Below the pieces are notes generated by a model. The model saw only the letters and a program-made list of their open reading frames with translations. It did not search any database and was not told where the DNA came from. Shown here piece after piece: positions 37,795 through 47,805 of a stretch of 64,000 nucleotides of DNA. Source of the DNA: Pontiella sp. (GTDB lineage: Bacteria; Verrucomicrobiota; Kiritimatiellia; Kiritimatiellales; Pontiellaceae); contig JBNKHE010000007.1 in assembly GCA_050290185.1 (NCBI GenBank), forward strand, positions 128,001 to 192,000. The letters are read 5' to 3'. The translations under genes were made by a program, and so were the position numbers. Every line of letters starts with the position of its first letter. Within the stretch, counting starts at the first letter, position 1.

Positions 37795-38976
37795 ATGGCG
37801 GATAATTATTTTCAGAAGACGGGACACGACATCCATTTGAAGAATCAGGTGTTCATGAATCTTCCCCTTGAGGCGCATGGCATGTATTCGAAGATGCGCT
37901 ATTTCTACGGGCCCGAGTTGCGGGTGGACGGTACGTTCCCGCTGGGGGCGAAGCAGCGGGCTACGCTGGCCGATCTCCTTTTGTTCTTTGGTGATGGCAC
38001 CAAGAAGCGCCGTGATGAGCTGAAATCCCATATGGATGGGTTGGTGCTGGCCGGCGTGGTGAAGCTATCTGGTAAATCGAACACGGTTGTTCTGTGCACC
38101 GCCCAGGATGAGCAGGAACTCGGGCGGAACCGTCAGACGTATGATAAGCGCGATCAGCGCGCGAAGGTGTTTTATGAGCGGGTGGAGCGTATTCGCCGCA
38201 GGATCGTTTCCTATGTTAAGGCGGACAATGGCTCGGACCTTGGGCGGTTTCGCAAGTGGGTATGTTGCGAGGTGGATTGCAAGGGCCGTACGGCAGACCG
38301 GATCATGCAGCGCCTTGTTGAGGATGGGGTGATCGAGTTTGATATAGAGCAGGGTGTTGTTTCTTTCCTTTCCCTCGATGGTACGCTCGCTACGCTCGCT
38401 CGCCCCCCTGTTGCTGGAGCTGGAAAAGCTGGATCTGGGCAAGACCAGTCCTCCGGACATGTCTTGCAGAACCAGAACCAGAAACCAGAACCAGAGAGAG
38501 AGAGGGGATATTCATCCCCCCAGCTGAAAGCTGGTCAGCTGGGGCGGGGTCCGAACGATTCTGGCGAATCGCCCGGAGCCTCCCCGCCTGGTGCTGGTAG
38601 GGGGGCGAGCGAGCGTAGCGAGGATAACGGCGGGCCGCCGGTCGATCCTTCGGAGTCAAGAGACTGGATGTATCAGCCAGGCGATGCCTACAGCGTTCCC
38701 GATCCCGTCCATGCCGCAATCATTTACCTGCGCACCAAGCCGGGATGGCAGGAACGTTCCGGCCAAGGGAAGAACGATGCGAGCTCAAGGCGCATCCTGT
38801 TAGCAAAGTGGACGGCGCTCAAAAATGAGATCGGGCCCGAGGCCGCGGACATGATGTGGCGCGATCATCTGCGCGATATTTTCGAGGATGGGTATGACAA
38901 GACGTGGAACAGCTTTATCAAGATATTCATTTCCCGTCTCAACAAGGCAATGCTTCACCTTCCGGGGGGTAGATGA
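37795..38976 (+). CDS. Putative replication initiator protein
   Basis: Position at the end of the early region; low-complexity QNQKPEPERE linker encoded by CCAGAA repeats, as in lambda-O-like initiators. Confidence 0.5.
   Translation: MADNYFQKTGHDIHLKNQVFMNLPLEAHGMYSKMRYFYGPELRVDGTFPLGAKQRATLADLLLFFGDGTKKRRDELKSHMDGLVLAGVVKLSGKSNTVVLCTAQDEQELGRNRQTYDKRDQRAKVFYERVERIRRRIVSYVKADNGSDLGRFRKWVCCEVDCKGRTADRIMQRLVEDGVIEFDIEQGVVSFLSLDGTLATLARPPVAGAGKAGSGQDQSSGHVLQNQNQKPEPERERGYSSPQLKAGQLGRGPNDSGESPGASPPGAGRGASERSEDNGGPPVDPSESRDWMYQPGDAYSVPDPVHAAIIYLRTKPGWQERSGQGKNDASSRRILLAKWTALKNEIGPEAADMMWRDHLRDIFEDGYDKTWNSFIKIFISRLNKAMLHLPGGR
38386..38622. repeat. Perfect 24-bp inverted repeat flanking CCAGAA direct repeats (possible origin)
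   Basis: CTCGCTACGCTCGCTCGCCCCCCT (38386-38409) / AGGGGGGCGAGCGAGCGTAGCGAG (38599-38622). Confidence 0.85.
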
Positions 38977-39446
38977 TGGATAATCATGACCGTGAATACC
39001 TGGACGCATGGGAAGACCTCACCCCGGCACAAATTAGGGAGATGAAGGCCGCCGGCATCACCGGCCCGCAACTGATGAGCTATACCACGTTGCGGCCTGA
39101 ATGTACGCACGAAGCATCCGTTCCGCCGGCGGAGCCTTTCGCCAAACAGGTTGACGAGGAAAGAATTTATGAGGTGGTTCGCCGTTTGGTTGGCGAGCTG
39201 CTGGGGCAGACGAACCCGGCGCTTGCGCTTGAGTGCCTGAGTCTGGTGACGGGCATCGGGTACATGGGCAACTCGATGACCGAGATTGCCAAGCGGCATG
39301 GGGTAGGACGTGCGGCAGTTAGCAAGCGATGTGTTCAGCTGTGTGATGCCATCGGGATTGAACCTCCCAGGGCAATGAGATCGAAGAAAGCGAGGAAGAG
39401 TTATGGAGAGCGTGCACGAAATCAGCACAACAAACACGAGCATTGA
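38973..39446 (+). CDS. Sigma-region-4-like HTH protein (possible late regulator)
   Basis: SMTEIAKRHGVGRAAVSKR; located just before the packaging genes. Confidence 0.55.
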   Translation: MMDNHDREYLDAWEDLTPAQIREMKAAGITGPQLMSYTTLRPECTHEASVPPAEPFAKQVDEERIYEVVRRLVGELLGQTNPALALECLSLVTGIGYMGNSMTEIAKRHGVGRAAVSKRCVQLCDAIGIEPPRAMRSKKARKSYGERARNQHNKHEH

Positions 39447-40029
39447 TATATCGCGCATGGGGATCCGGTTCTCCGGTGAGATATCATCGGAGCAATGGGA
39501 AGCGCTCGGGGTAAAGCTCAGTTCCGCCTCGCGCTCGCTCGGGTTCATGATCGGTGATTGGGTCAATGCGGCGGTTGATGGCATGGAAAGCGATGACCGG
39601 TTCGGCAAGGCGATTGAGATGACGGGGCTCGACTACAACACCATTCAACGCTTCTGCCGCGTCGCATCGTTGATCGAGATTGATAGCCGCATTGAATCGC
39701 TTTCATGGGAACACCACCGGATTGTCTCTACCCTTCCGCCGGTGGTGCGTGATGAGTGGCTGGCGTTGGCTGCAAAGCATGGCATGAGCAAACGCCGCCT
39801 TCAGCGCTCACTCAATGCTGGGCGCGTGGTCGATGTCGATGAGATGAAGGCGGCGCCATCGCAGAAGATTGAGACCGTGCATCCGTTTGTTAATCGCACG
39901 GTCGGATTGTTTGTGCGTTGGAAGAAAAGCGGATGGCTGAAGAAGCAGAGCCCCGACCAGCTCCAACGCTTGCGCGCCGATCTTGAGCCCGTCGTGGCGA
40001 TATACAAGGAGCTTGGTGGCGATGTGTAA
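39403..40029 (+). CDS. LmbU-like DNA-binding protein
   Basis: FMIGDW...LSWEHHRIV...WL..A pattern. Confidence 0.5.
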   Translation: MESVHEISTTNTSIDISRMGIRFSGEISSEQWEALGVKLSSASRSLGFMIGDWVNAAVDGMESDDRFGKAIEMTGLDYNTIQRFCRVASLIEIDSRIESLSWEHHRIVSTLPPVVRDEWLALAAKHGMSKRRLQRSLNAGRVVDVDEMKAAPSQKIETVHPFVNRTVGLFVRWKKSGWLKKQSPDQLQRLRADLEPVVAIYKELGGDV

Positions 40030-40205
40030 GGGCAAAAGGAATCTATTTGACGGATTTCCACCGCAGGTTCCGGACGCTTCATCACGCTGGAAACCCGAGA
40101 GTGGTATTTTTTCTGATGTTACATGTTTTTCGCGCGCAGGGGTCTTTCGCCACGCGTGCGCGCGCGAGGTGTAACCTGTTACGCGTTTTCATTTTTGGGT
40201 AGGTG

Positions 40206-40829
40206 ATGGCAGGTCGAAAGCAACCAGCAGCTAGAAAGAAGACACCGGCGAAGAAAGCGCCGGCCCGAAAAACTGCGCGCAAAAAAGCACCGGCGAAGAA
40301 GGCTCCAGCCAAAAAAGCGGCGAAGAAAACCACCAGAAAAAAGACCGCGGCTTCAGCCAATCCAGAAGATCAACTAACATTCGAGCCAACCCTTGTTGCG
40401 CTGGCGAAATGCCTGGGCGTGACCCGCCAGACCATCGACCGATGGAAAAAAATCGAAGGCGCTCCGGAGCCCAGATCGGATGGGCGGCATTGCGTTGAAG
40501 AGTGGCGCAAGTTTATGTCAACTAAGGATTTGTCGGGCAAGTCACATGACCTAGAAAGCCTCCGAGCTCGGGATCTTCTGGCGAAGTGTGAAGAGCGTGA
40601 ATTTAAAAACGCGGTGAAGCGCGGCGAGTATGTGAGCATCGAGGAAGTCCGGCTGGTTTGGGGGGAGTGCTGCGCCCAGGTAATCCAGCTTTTGGAAAAA
40701 GCGTTGATGGATGAACAGCCGCCAATTCTCGCCGGCATGGATGACCCGATCGAGATCCGGCAGAACAACGAGCGTGTTTTGACCGAGGCGCGCAGGATCC
40801 TTCACTCGGGCGAAGGGTTGACGCCATGA
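40206..40829 (+). CDS. Terminase small subunit (Nu1-like) with histone-H1-like N-terminal tail
   Basis: PAKK/ARKK repeats; HTH LAKCLGVTRQTIDRW...GAP; RGEYV; coupled to terL. Confidence 0.75.
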   Translation: MAGRKQPAARKKTPAKKAPARKTARKKAPAKKAPAKKAAKKTTRKKTAASANPEDQLTFEPTLVALAKCLGVTRQTIDRWKKIEGAPEPRSDGRHCVEEWRKFMSTKDLSGKSHDLESLRARDLLAKCEEREFKNAVKRGEYVSIEEVRLVWGECCAQVIQLLEKALMDEQPPILAGMDDPIEIRQNNERVLTEARRILHSGEGLTP

Positions 40830-42643
40830 CCGATCGGCGGAAGCTGTTCAACATCTTCCGCGAGGTTTGGCGGCCTCCGGAAAAGGATACCCCCTGGCGA
40901 TGGGGGGAAAGAAATGTTTCGGACATTCCCTATTCGCCGATTCCCGGGCGCTTCCGCTCTGCGAACTCTCCGCACATCCGGGAACCGATGGAGGCCATGG
41001 CCGACCCGTCGGTGAAAGAGGTTGCGATTCTGGCACCGATCCAGTCCACGAAGTCACTCGGAGCGGAAATATTCTCGTGCTACCTGATTCCGAACATGCC
41101 GGGGCCAACGTTGTGGTTATGCGAAACCGATGACGATGCAAAAGACCATTCCGAGAGCCGCCTGCAGCCGCTTTACGAAAAGTGCGCGCCGGTGAAAGCC
41201 CTTTTCCCGGCGGACAAAAACAAGCGCCGTAACGCAACGATTCATTTCACTAATGGCATGACGCTCTGGATTCTCGGGGCCCACAACATCAAGAACCTGC
41301 AACGCCGCTCAATTCGCTGGGTGATTGGTGATGAGGTGTGGAACTGGCCGCAAGGGCACATGGCCGAAGCCGAAGCGCGCACCACGGCTTTCGGCTGGCT
41401 GGGAAAGTGCATCTGGTTGAGTCAGGCCGGCGTTGAAGATGATGAGTGGGACCAGAAATTCAAGAGCACCGACCAGCGGGAATTAACGTTTGAATGCCCA
41501 GAATGCGGAGAGCGGCAGGCCTATGAATGGAACCAGGTCGAATGGGATAAAACGTGCAAGGATGAAGAGGGGAACTACAACTTCGAAGTGCTGCGCGAAT
41601 CCACGCGATACAAGTGCAAGGCCTGTGAAACGCTCATCGAGGATACGCCGGTAAACCGCCGGAAAATGGGGGAGTCCGGCAAGTTCATCACAACGAATCC
41701 GAACGCGGCAAAGGAGTTGGTTGGCTTCCATTGGAACGGGATCGCCACGATGAAGTGGGGGCGCATGGCCGAACTGTATATCCGGGCAAAGCTTTCAGCG
41801 AAGAAAGGCGATCTGAACCCGCTTGTTCAATTCTACCAGAAGCGCCTTGCCAGACCATGGGACGAAAACGCGGAAGACTTCGGGATTGATGTACCCACCG
41901 AAGCCTATGAGCTCTCCAAGTTCTGGGAAAAAGAGGGCTATCTCAACGCCAAGGGTCAGGTTGTCGAAGGCGGTGACGAAACCGCCCGGGTGCCGCTGAG
42001 GTTTCTCACGGTGGACTGCCAGACCGACCACTTCTGGCTTACAGTCCGGAGCTGGGCCCCGAACGGGCAATCGCGGCTGGTCTGGTATGAGCGCGTTTTA
42101 ACCTGGGAGGATGTCGAAGAGACGCAGGTGAAATACAGCGTTCATCCGCAGATGGTCTTTGTCGATGCCGGACATAACCCATACGAGGTTTACAAACAGT
42201 GCGGAAAGCGCGGGTGGACGGCGTTGCGCGGTGACCAGCGCGAAGGGTTTATTCATACCCGCACCACGAAGGATGGCCGCCGGGAAAAGACCAGGCGCTT
42301 CTATTCCATGGCACAGGATCAGATGGCCGGCGGCGTTAAATGCCGGATGTTCTATTTTTCGGCCAACCGGATGCGGGACATCCTTCAGAGCCTCCGGCGG
42401 ATCAAGCTCGGTGATGAGTTGATATGGCAGGTTCCGGATGATGCCGACAAGTCATATCGCCGGCAGCTGGAATCGGAACGCCGAACCAAGAAGCGCGGAA
42501 AGTGGATATGGGAACAGATCGGCAGACGCCCGAACCACTATTTCGACTGCGAGGTCATGAGCGTATGCGCGGCGGTCATGCTGAAGATCGTCGGGGAAGA
42601 GTCGGTTGACACCGCCGGTTCTGATGATGAGCGTGATACCTGA
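40826..42643 (+). CDS. terL: Terminase large subunit (lambda GpA family)
   Basis: PGRF...P..REPM, Walker A-like PIQSTKS, PGPTLW, Walker B IGDEV, CPEC, TVDCQ, VDAG, NHYFDCE. Confidence 0.9.
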   Translation: MTDRRKLFNIFREVWRPPEKDTPWRWGERNVSDIPYSPIPGRFRSANSPHIREPMEAMADPSVKEVAILAPIQSTKSLGAEIFSCYLIPNMPGPTLWLCETDDDAKDHSESRLQPLYEKCAPVKALFPADKNKRRNATIHFTNGMTLWILGAHNIKNLQRRSIRWVIGDEVWNWPQGHMAEAEARTTAFGWLGKCIWLSQAGVEDDEWDQKFKSTDQRELTFECPECGERQAYEWNQVEWDKTCKDEEGNYNFEVLRESTRYKCKACETLIEDTPVNRRKMGESGKFITTNPNAAKELVGFHWNGIATMKWGRMAELYIRAKLSAKKGDLNPLVQFYQKRLARPWDENAEDFGIDVPTEAYELSKFWEKEGYLNAKGQVVEGGDETARVPLRFLTVDCQTDHFWLTVRSWAPNGQSRLVWYERVLTWEDVEETQVKYSVHPQMVFVDAGHNPYEVYKQCGKRGWTALRGDQREGFIHTRTTKDGRREKTRRFYSMAQDQMAGGVKCRMFYFSANRMRDILQSLRRIKLGDELIWQVPDDADKSYRRQLESERRTKKRGKWIWEQIGRRPNHYFDCEVMSVCAAVMLKIVGEESVDTAGSDDERDT

Positions 42644-42887
42644 TTACTATACCGGCTTCACACAGGTTGAGGTCGAAGAGATTCTGGCAGTCCAAAAAGC
42701 CGAGCTGAAGAAAACGCAGCAGGCCTACTCCGATGACGGCTCCAGCGTGAACAAGCGCCGCCTCGATGAAATCACTTTGATAATCAAGGGGTGTCAAAAC
42801 GCCCTGATTAAGTTTGATCCGGACACCTACAAGCGCGGCGGGCGCAAGGTGATTAAATCCGGGTTCGATGGCTACCTGGAGAAATAG
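42624..42887 (+). CDS. Head-tail joining protein (gpW-like)
   Basis: Small gene between terL and portal, as in lambda gene order. Confidence 0.5.
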   Translation: MMSVIPDYYTGFTQVEVEEILAVQKAELKKTQQAYSDDGSSVNKRRLDEITLIIKGCQNALIKFDPDTYKRGGRKVIKSGFDGYLEK

Positions 42888-42889
42888 AC

Positions 42890-44338
42890 GTGGCTGGGAG
42901 ATTTAGCAATTTCATCGCAACCAAGTTTCCAAGGCTTGGGCGTGTATTGGGTTTTTCAGGCTATGAGTCGGCGAATACTTCCCGCGCACGGGGCTGGCTT
43001 CCGGGCGGATATCCGCGCGATGCAAAAGAGGAAATGACATCCTTTACGCGCCGCGAGCTGGTAAAAAAATCACGCTACCACCTAAAAAACTCCGGCTTTT
43101 ATCGTGAGTACGTCGGCGATATGGAGATGTATTCCGTTGGTTCTGGCATGCGCCCGCAGGCCCAGACGGACAATCAGGAGTGGAACCGCAAAGCCGAGGA
43201 ATATTTCAAGGATCGCTTTTGCTTCCGGGCCGATATCACAGGCCGTTTTTCATTTGCCGAATGCCAATCCCTTGTGTGCCGGGCGGTGGATTCAGATGGT
43301 GAATTATTCGTTGTAAAGGTTCGAGACCGATTCGGTAGACCGCGCATCCAGCTGATTGAGTCGCATCGGTGCCAAGACGACGGCACAATGGATACGACGG
43401 ATGGTATCAAGTTCGACCAAGTCGGCGCTCCGGTTTACTACAACTTCCGGCAGGGCGATGATATGACCTATCGCAAGGTTCCGGCCAATGCGGTGATGCA
43501 TGTCTTCGAGCCGGAATATATTTCCGCCGCGCGCAACGCCCCTCCACAGCAGCACAGCATGAATAACATGCAGGATGTTGCCGAACTGCTGGCCCTCGAA
43601 AAAGGTGCGGTTAAATCAATATCCGATATCGCCCACATCCTGAAGACCGAAGCCGGAGAGGTCGATGAGAGCGGTGATTACGTGGTCAAGGTTTCTGAGG
43701 ATCAAGACGGCGATGGAGAACAAACAGATCCGGAATACATCCAAAAAATAACCGGACGTAAAACAGTAGCCATTAAGCCCGGGGAAGACCTGAAGCCATA
43801 TGAAAGCAGCCGCCCAAGTCCGACCTTTGCCGGATTCTTGAACTACATCGACCGGGAATCCGCCGGCGGCGGCCTGCCGCCTGAATTTATTTCAGATCCT
43901 TCCAGAATCGGCGGTGCCGTTGTGCGCCTGGTGACGGCCAAGGCGCAGCGCCGGGTTGAAAAGCGACAGCAGGCCATCATCAACCGTATGCTCGTGCAAT
44001 GCTGGGCCTACGTGATCGGCGATGCCATCGATCGCGGTGATCTGGAGCCGATGAAGGGATGGTACAAGGTTCGCTATGTCACGCCGAAAAAAATAACCGT
44101 GGATGCCGGCAGGGAAAACAAGGAAAACCGCGCCGACGTCGAGACCGGTCTGAAAACATTGGACGAGCATTTCAAGGAACTCGGACAAGATTTCGAGGAG
44201 CAGCTCGATATCAGGGCGCGCAATGCGCAGGCGATACTCAAAGCCGCTGAAAAATACGGCGTACCGGTCGAGATGCTTTACAACCCGTCAAAATATACCA
44301 GCTCCCAAGATATCCAAATCAGCACGCAGGGGGATTGA
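42890..44338 (+). CDS. Portal protein (lambda family)
   Basis: GYESA, DGELF, GIKFD..G.PV.Y, VMHVFEP, VDAGRE. Confidence 0.88.
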   Translation: MAGRFSNFIATKFPRLGRVLGFSGYESANTSRARGWLPGGYPRDAKEEMTSFTRRELVKKSRYHLKNSGFYREYVGDMEMYSVGSGMRPQAQTDNQEWNRKAEEYFKDRFCFRADITGRFSFAECQSLVCRAVDSDGELFVVKVRDRFGRPRIQLIESHRCQDDGTMDTTDGIKFDQVGAPVYYNFRQGDDMTYRKVPANAVMHVFEPEYISAARNAPPQQHSMNNMQDVAELLALEKGAVKSISDIAHILKTEAGEVDESGDYVVKVSEDQDGDGEQTDPEYIQKITGRKTVAIKPGEDLKPYESSRPSPTFAGFLNYIDRESAGGGLPPEFISDPSRIGGAVVRLVTAKAQRRVEKRQQAIINRMLVQCWAYVIGDAIDRGDLEPMKGWYKVRYVTPKKITVDAGRENKENRADVETGLKTLDEHFKELGQDFEEQLDIRARNAQAILKAAEKYGVPVEMLYNPSKYTSSQDIQISTQGD

Positions 44339-44340
44339 CC

Positions 44341-45153
44341 ATGAGATTCGCACGCATTCAAAACGCCGTTTACCGTCAGCCGTGGAACATTACCGGCGGC
44401 GGTTGGATGAGCATTCATGAGTTGCTGCAAAGCCGGCTTTCCTCCGAGTACCAGCAAGGCATGTTTTCCGACTGGGTGAACGAGCGTCCAGACATGGAAA
44501 TCGATCAGAACGGGATCGCCCATATCCACGTTGTCGGCGTGCTGGGCAAGGGGTTGACCAATATCGAACGCAGTTGCGGTAACACCGGATATGAGCAAAT
44601 CGAGGCCGAGTTCGAAGAGGCCGAAGAGCGCGGTGCGCGCGGGGTGTTGCTGTATGTAAATTCACCGGGCGGCGGCGCCATTGGGAACGCGGAAATCTCC
44701 GAGCGCGTTTCTGGATCCCCGCTTCCGGTTGTCACGTTCGTGGATGATCTTTGCGCATCGGCTGCCTACTCGATTGCGGCGGGAACGAACCACATCGTCT
44801 GCACGAAATCAGCCGAGGTCGGCAGCATCGGAACCATCATTGCTTTGGTCGATGTGTCTGGTGCGTGGGATCAGATGGGCATGAAGCCCGAGTTTATCAC
44901 GCACACGGGCGGCGACCTGAAGGACGCCAGCTGGCCACCCAGCTTCACCGACGCGCACAAGGAATATTTCCAGCAAACGTGCGACGACTTCTTCGGCCTG
45001 TTCAAGGGCCATGTGCTGGCCCACCGCAATGTGGAGCCTTCCGCCATGCGCGGTCAGTGCTTTGTCGGCCAGCGGGCGAAGGATGCCAATCTGGTTGACA
45101 CGATTGGAAATTATGAAACCGCGTATGCTGAAATTTTGAAGCGCGCAAAATAA
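44341..45153 (+). CDS. Prohead protease, S49 family
   Basis: NSPGGG, CASAAYSIA, VGSIG. Confidence 0.9.
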   Translation: MRFARIQNAVYRQPWNITGGGWMSIHELLQSRLSSEYQQGMFSDWVNERPDMEIDQNGIAHIHVVGVLGKGLTNIERSCGNTGYEQIEAEFEEAEERGARGVLLYVNSPGGGAIGNAEISERVSGSPLPVVTFVDDLCASAAYSIAAGTNHIVCTKSAEVGSIGTIIALVDVSGAWDQMGMKPEFITHTGGDLKDASWPPSFTDAHKEYFQQTCDDFFGLFKGHVLAHRNVEPSAMRGQCFVGQRAKDANLVDTIGNYETAYAEILKRAK

Positions 45154-45168
45154 ACCAAGGAGTACAGT

Positions 45169-45627
45169 ATGTTCAAGACACTCGACGAAGCCTGCGCAGC
45201 ATACGAGGCGCTGAATGAAAAATTTGAATCGCTGCAAGGCGATCATACTGCCGCCCAGGCATTGGCCGAAGAAACCGAAAAGGCGAAGACCGAAGCCGAA
45301 GCCGCGCTGGTGACTTCCAAGGAAGCCCAGACCAAGGCCGAAGAAAAGCTTCAGAAGGAAACCGAGCGCGCAACCAAGCTCGAAGCCGACCTGAAGACCG
45401 CCCAGAAAGAAAACGATACGCTCAAGGCCGAAGCGAAGTCCGCCGAAGAGCGCGCCGCCGCAATGTGCGCCGCTGCCGGTGTAGACCCGATCAGCATCGA
45501 TCCGGACAACAAAAGCGAAGGATCGCTAACCGAGCAGTACCAGGCCATCACCGATCCGGTCGAAAAAGCCAACTTCCTTGAGAAGCACAAGGCCGCACTC
45601 GTGAAGGAATCCAACAGCAAAAAGTAA
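45169..45627 (+). CDS. Scaffolding-like coiled-coil protein
   Basis: SD AAGGAG; Ala/Glu/Lys-rich; between protease and capsid. Confidence 0.65.
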   Translation: MFKTLDEACAAYEALNEKFESLQGDHTAAQALAEETEKAKTEAEAALVTSKEAQTKAEEKLQKETERATKLEADLKTAQKENDTLKAEAKSAEERAAAMCAAAGVDPISIDPDNKSEGSLTEQYQAITDPVEKANFLEKHKAALVKESNSKK

Positions 45628-45681
45628 AAAACCCTTAAGGAAACCAACCACTGAACAGAAAATTTAACCAGGAGATAAACC

Positions 45682-46581
45682 ATGGCACTCGACGCAGGAC
45701 TCGCAATTGATATCGTCTCGCAGGCAGCACTGAAGGCTTTCAATGCTACCATTCAGGCACTCAACTCCTTTTCGACCGACTTTTCCGCCGATGCGGTGAA
45801 GGTGGGCGAGAAGATTAAGTTTACCTGGACGCCCGCCGGCGCAACCGTGACGGACTACAATCCGGCCAATGGTTATGTGACTGAAGCACCTTCCCAGCTG
45901 CCGAAGGAACTGGCGATCGACAAGAACAAGTATGTTGGTTTCCACTACACCGACGATCAGCTGGCCACCATGACCCTGCTGAAGCTCGAAGAAATCGGCG
46001 CTCAGTATGGCGCGGCTCTGGCCGAAGCGGTTCTGGCCGATATCTGGGGAATCATCTTAGCCGCCAACTATGCGCAGGTCATCCCGGCCCCGATCATTGC
46101 CGCTGATTTCGACAGCGACGATGTGCTGGACATCGGCAAGCAGTGCACCGTTCTAAAGTGGCCCAAGGCCAACCGAAACATGATTCTGAACCCGGATTTC
46201 TATACCGCGCTCGCCAAAGATCCGGCGGTCAAAGATGCTTCCAAGTCTGGCGGCACAGAAGCCGTGCGCGAAGGGCGTGTTCCGAACCTGGGCACCTTCG
46301 CCAATATCTTCGAGTCCACGGTACTCGCAGAAAACGGCCAAAACCTCCAGGGCTTCGCGGTGAATACCGAAGCGATCGGTATTGCCTTCCGGGCGGTTAC
46401 TCCGGACATGTCCGCTCAAAAGGTAATGGAGCACCGTGTTTACACCAACGAAAGCGGCATGACCATCTGCTTCAAGGAATGGTATGACCCGAACAAGAAG
46501 ACAACCAAGCGCGTGCTGGAAGTCTACTACGGCAAGTGCGTAGGCAACCCGAACGGTATTGTCCGCATCGTTGATGCGTAA
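45682..46581 (+). CDS. Major capsid protein
   Basis: SD AGGAG; size and position; LNPDFYTAL...REGRV...YG pattern. Confidence 0.75.
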   Translation: MALDAGLAIDIVSQAALKAFNATIQALNSFSTDFSADAVKVGEKIKFTWTPAGATVTDYNPANGYVTEAPSQLPKELAIDKNKYVGFHYTDDQLATMTLLKLEEIGAQYGAALAEAVLADIWGIILAANYAQVIPAPIIAADFDSDDVLDIGKQCTVLKWPKANRNMILNPDFYTALAKDPAVKDASKSGGTEAVREGRVPNLGTFANIFESTVLAENGQNLQGFAVNTEAIGIAFRAVTPDMSAQKVMEHRVYTNESGMTICFKEWYDPNKKTTKRVLEVYYGKCVGNPNGIVRIVDA

Positions 46582-46613
46582 TCGGTGATTTGAACCGAAA
46601 CGAGGTTGAACCA

Positions 46614-47198
46614 ATGGCAAAAACAATCGCAATCATCATAGCCACGGCCACCGACGGTACTTTGAGCATCGTCGGTGGGGCCGATGGCCTCATGTCGCGC
46701 AGCGACGCACGCACAAAGCTGCGCGAAATCGTAGGCGAAGATCTCGCCAAGGTTGAGCTCTTCGACTTGCGCCAGCCGTCCAAGCGCCGGAAGCTAAATC
46801 GTGCCACTGAGCCGGCTCCGCCGAATGAAGACACTCTGCCTACCTTCGACGAAATTGCCGAAAAACTCGCCTCGGGCGAAGTGGTGATTCCGGAGGATGG
46901 TCTGAAAAACGACGGTTCGCCCAAGGTAAAGGCCGTGAACGATTTGTTTGGCGTCAAGCTGGATGGCAAGGCGGTTGCTGAACTATGGGCGAAAGTCGAA
47001 GAGATGAAGAACCGCCCGCCGCAACCTCACGAAATCGCCGAAAAACTCGCCTCTGGCGAAGTGGTTATTCCGGAAGACGATATGGACGAAGACGGCGTTC
47101 CGTTCCTGGACTGGATCAATGAAAAGTTTGGCGTTGAAATTGACGAAACCGAACTTTCGGCGATCTGGGAAACGGTGCAGAAGATCAAGGCCGGATAG
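46614..47198 (+). CDS. Capsid-associated protein with duplicated 60-aa domain
   Basis: EIAEKLASGEVVIPED occurs twice (DNA repeats at 46851 and 47031). Confidence 0.6.
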   Translation: MAKTIAIIIATATDGTLSIVGGADGLMSRSDARTKLREIVGEDLAKVELFDLRQPSKRRKLNRATEPAPPNEDTLPTFDEIAEKLASGEVVIPEDGLKNDGSPKVKAVNDLFGVKLDGKAVAELWAKVEEMKNRPPQPHEIAEKLASGEVVIPEDDMDEDGVPFLDWINEKFGVEIDETELSAIWETVQKIKAG

Positions 47199-47261
47199 TA
47201 AACGCCATAATATTCCGTATCTTTAACAAAAAAATGAAATCCTAAATCAGGAGATTGAATC

Positions 47262-47681
47262 ATGAAAAAAACAGCTGTATTTTTGATCGCGTGTGCGGTG
47301 GCCTGCATATCCTTTGGCGGAATCGAGGGGGCGGCGGCCAAGTTTGATCCGATTACTACCAACCTCACAACGCAGGTACTGAGCTTTTCCGGCGAGGTCA
47401 TGCAGATTGGCGTTGAATCGGGGTCGACCAATGCCTTTGATCTGACCATCTCGGATTACTTTTCCGGAACCACCATCTACAGCGCAACCAACATCACGAG
47501 CACTTCGTTCAGTCTGGTTCCGCGGGTGGCCGCCACCGATACCGCCGGCAACACGGCAACCAATACGCTGGGCACAATTTATGTTCCGGCCTATGTCAAG
47601 TTGATCAGCGTGACCGCCGGTAATTCGACTACCACCAACGATACGGCGACCGTGAAAATGGTCATCAACAAATCACCGTAG
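47262..47681 (+). CDS. Signal-peptide-bearing Thr-rich beta protein
   Basis: MKKTAVFLIACAVACISFG; SD AGGAG. Confidence 0.65.
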   Translation: MKKTAVFLIACAVACISFGGIEGAAAKFDPITTNLTTQVLSFSGEVMQIGVESGSTNAFDLTISDYFSGTTIYSATNITSTSFSLVPRVAATDTAGNTATNTLGTIYVPAYVKLISVTAGNSTTTNDTATVKMVINKSP

Positions 47682-47724
47682 CGCGATTTTTGAACCGGGC
47701 TTCCCTTCCCCGTTCATCATCCCG

Positions 47725-47759
47725 GCCCCGGTCCGCGTGCCACGCGGGCCGGGGTTTTT
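47725..47759 (+). terminator. Rho-independent terminator
   Basis: GCCCCGGTCCGCGTG / CACGCGGGCCGGGGT hairpin plus T run. Confidence 0.75.
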
Positions 47760-47805
47760 AATGCCGCCGCCCGCCGCCCGTAATATTTGACACCCAGGCA
47801 ACAGT

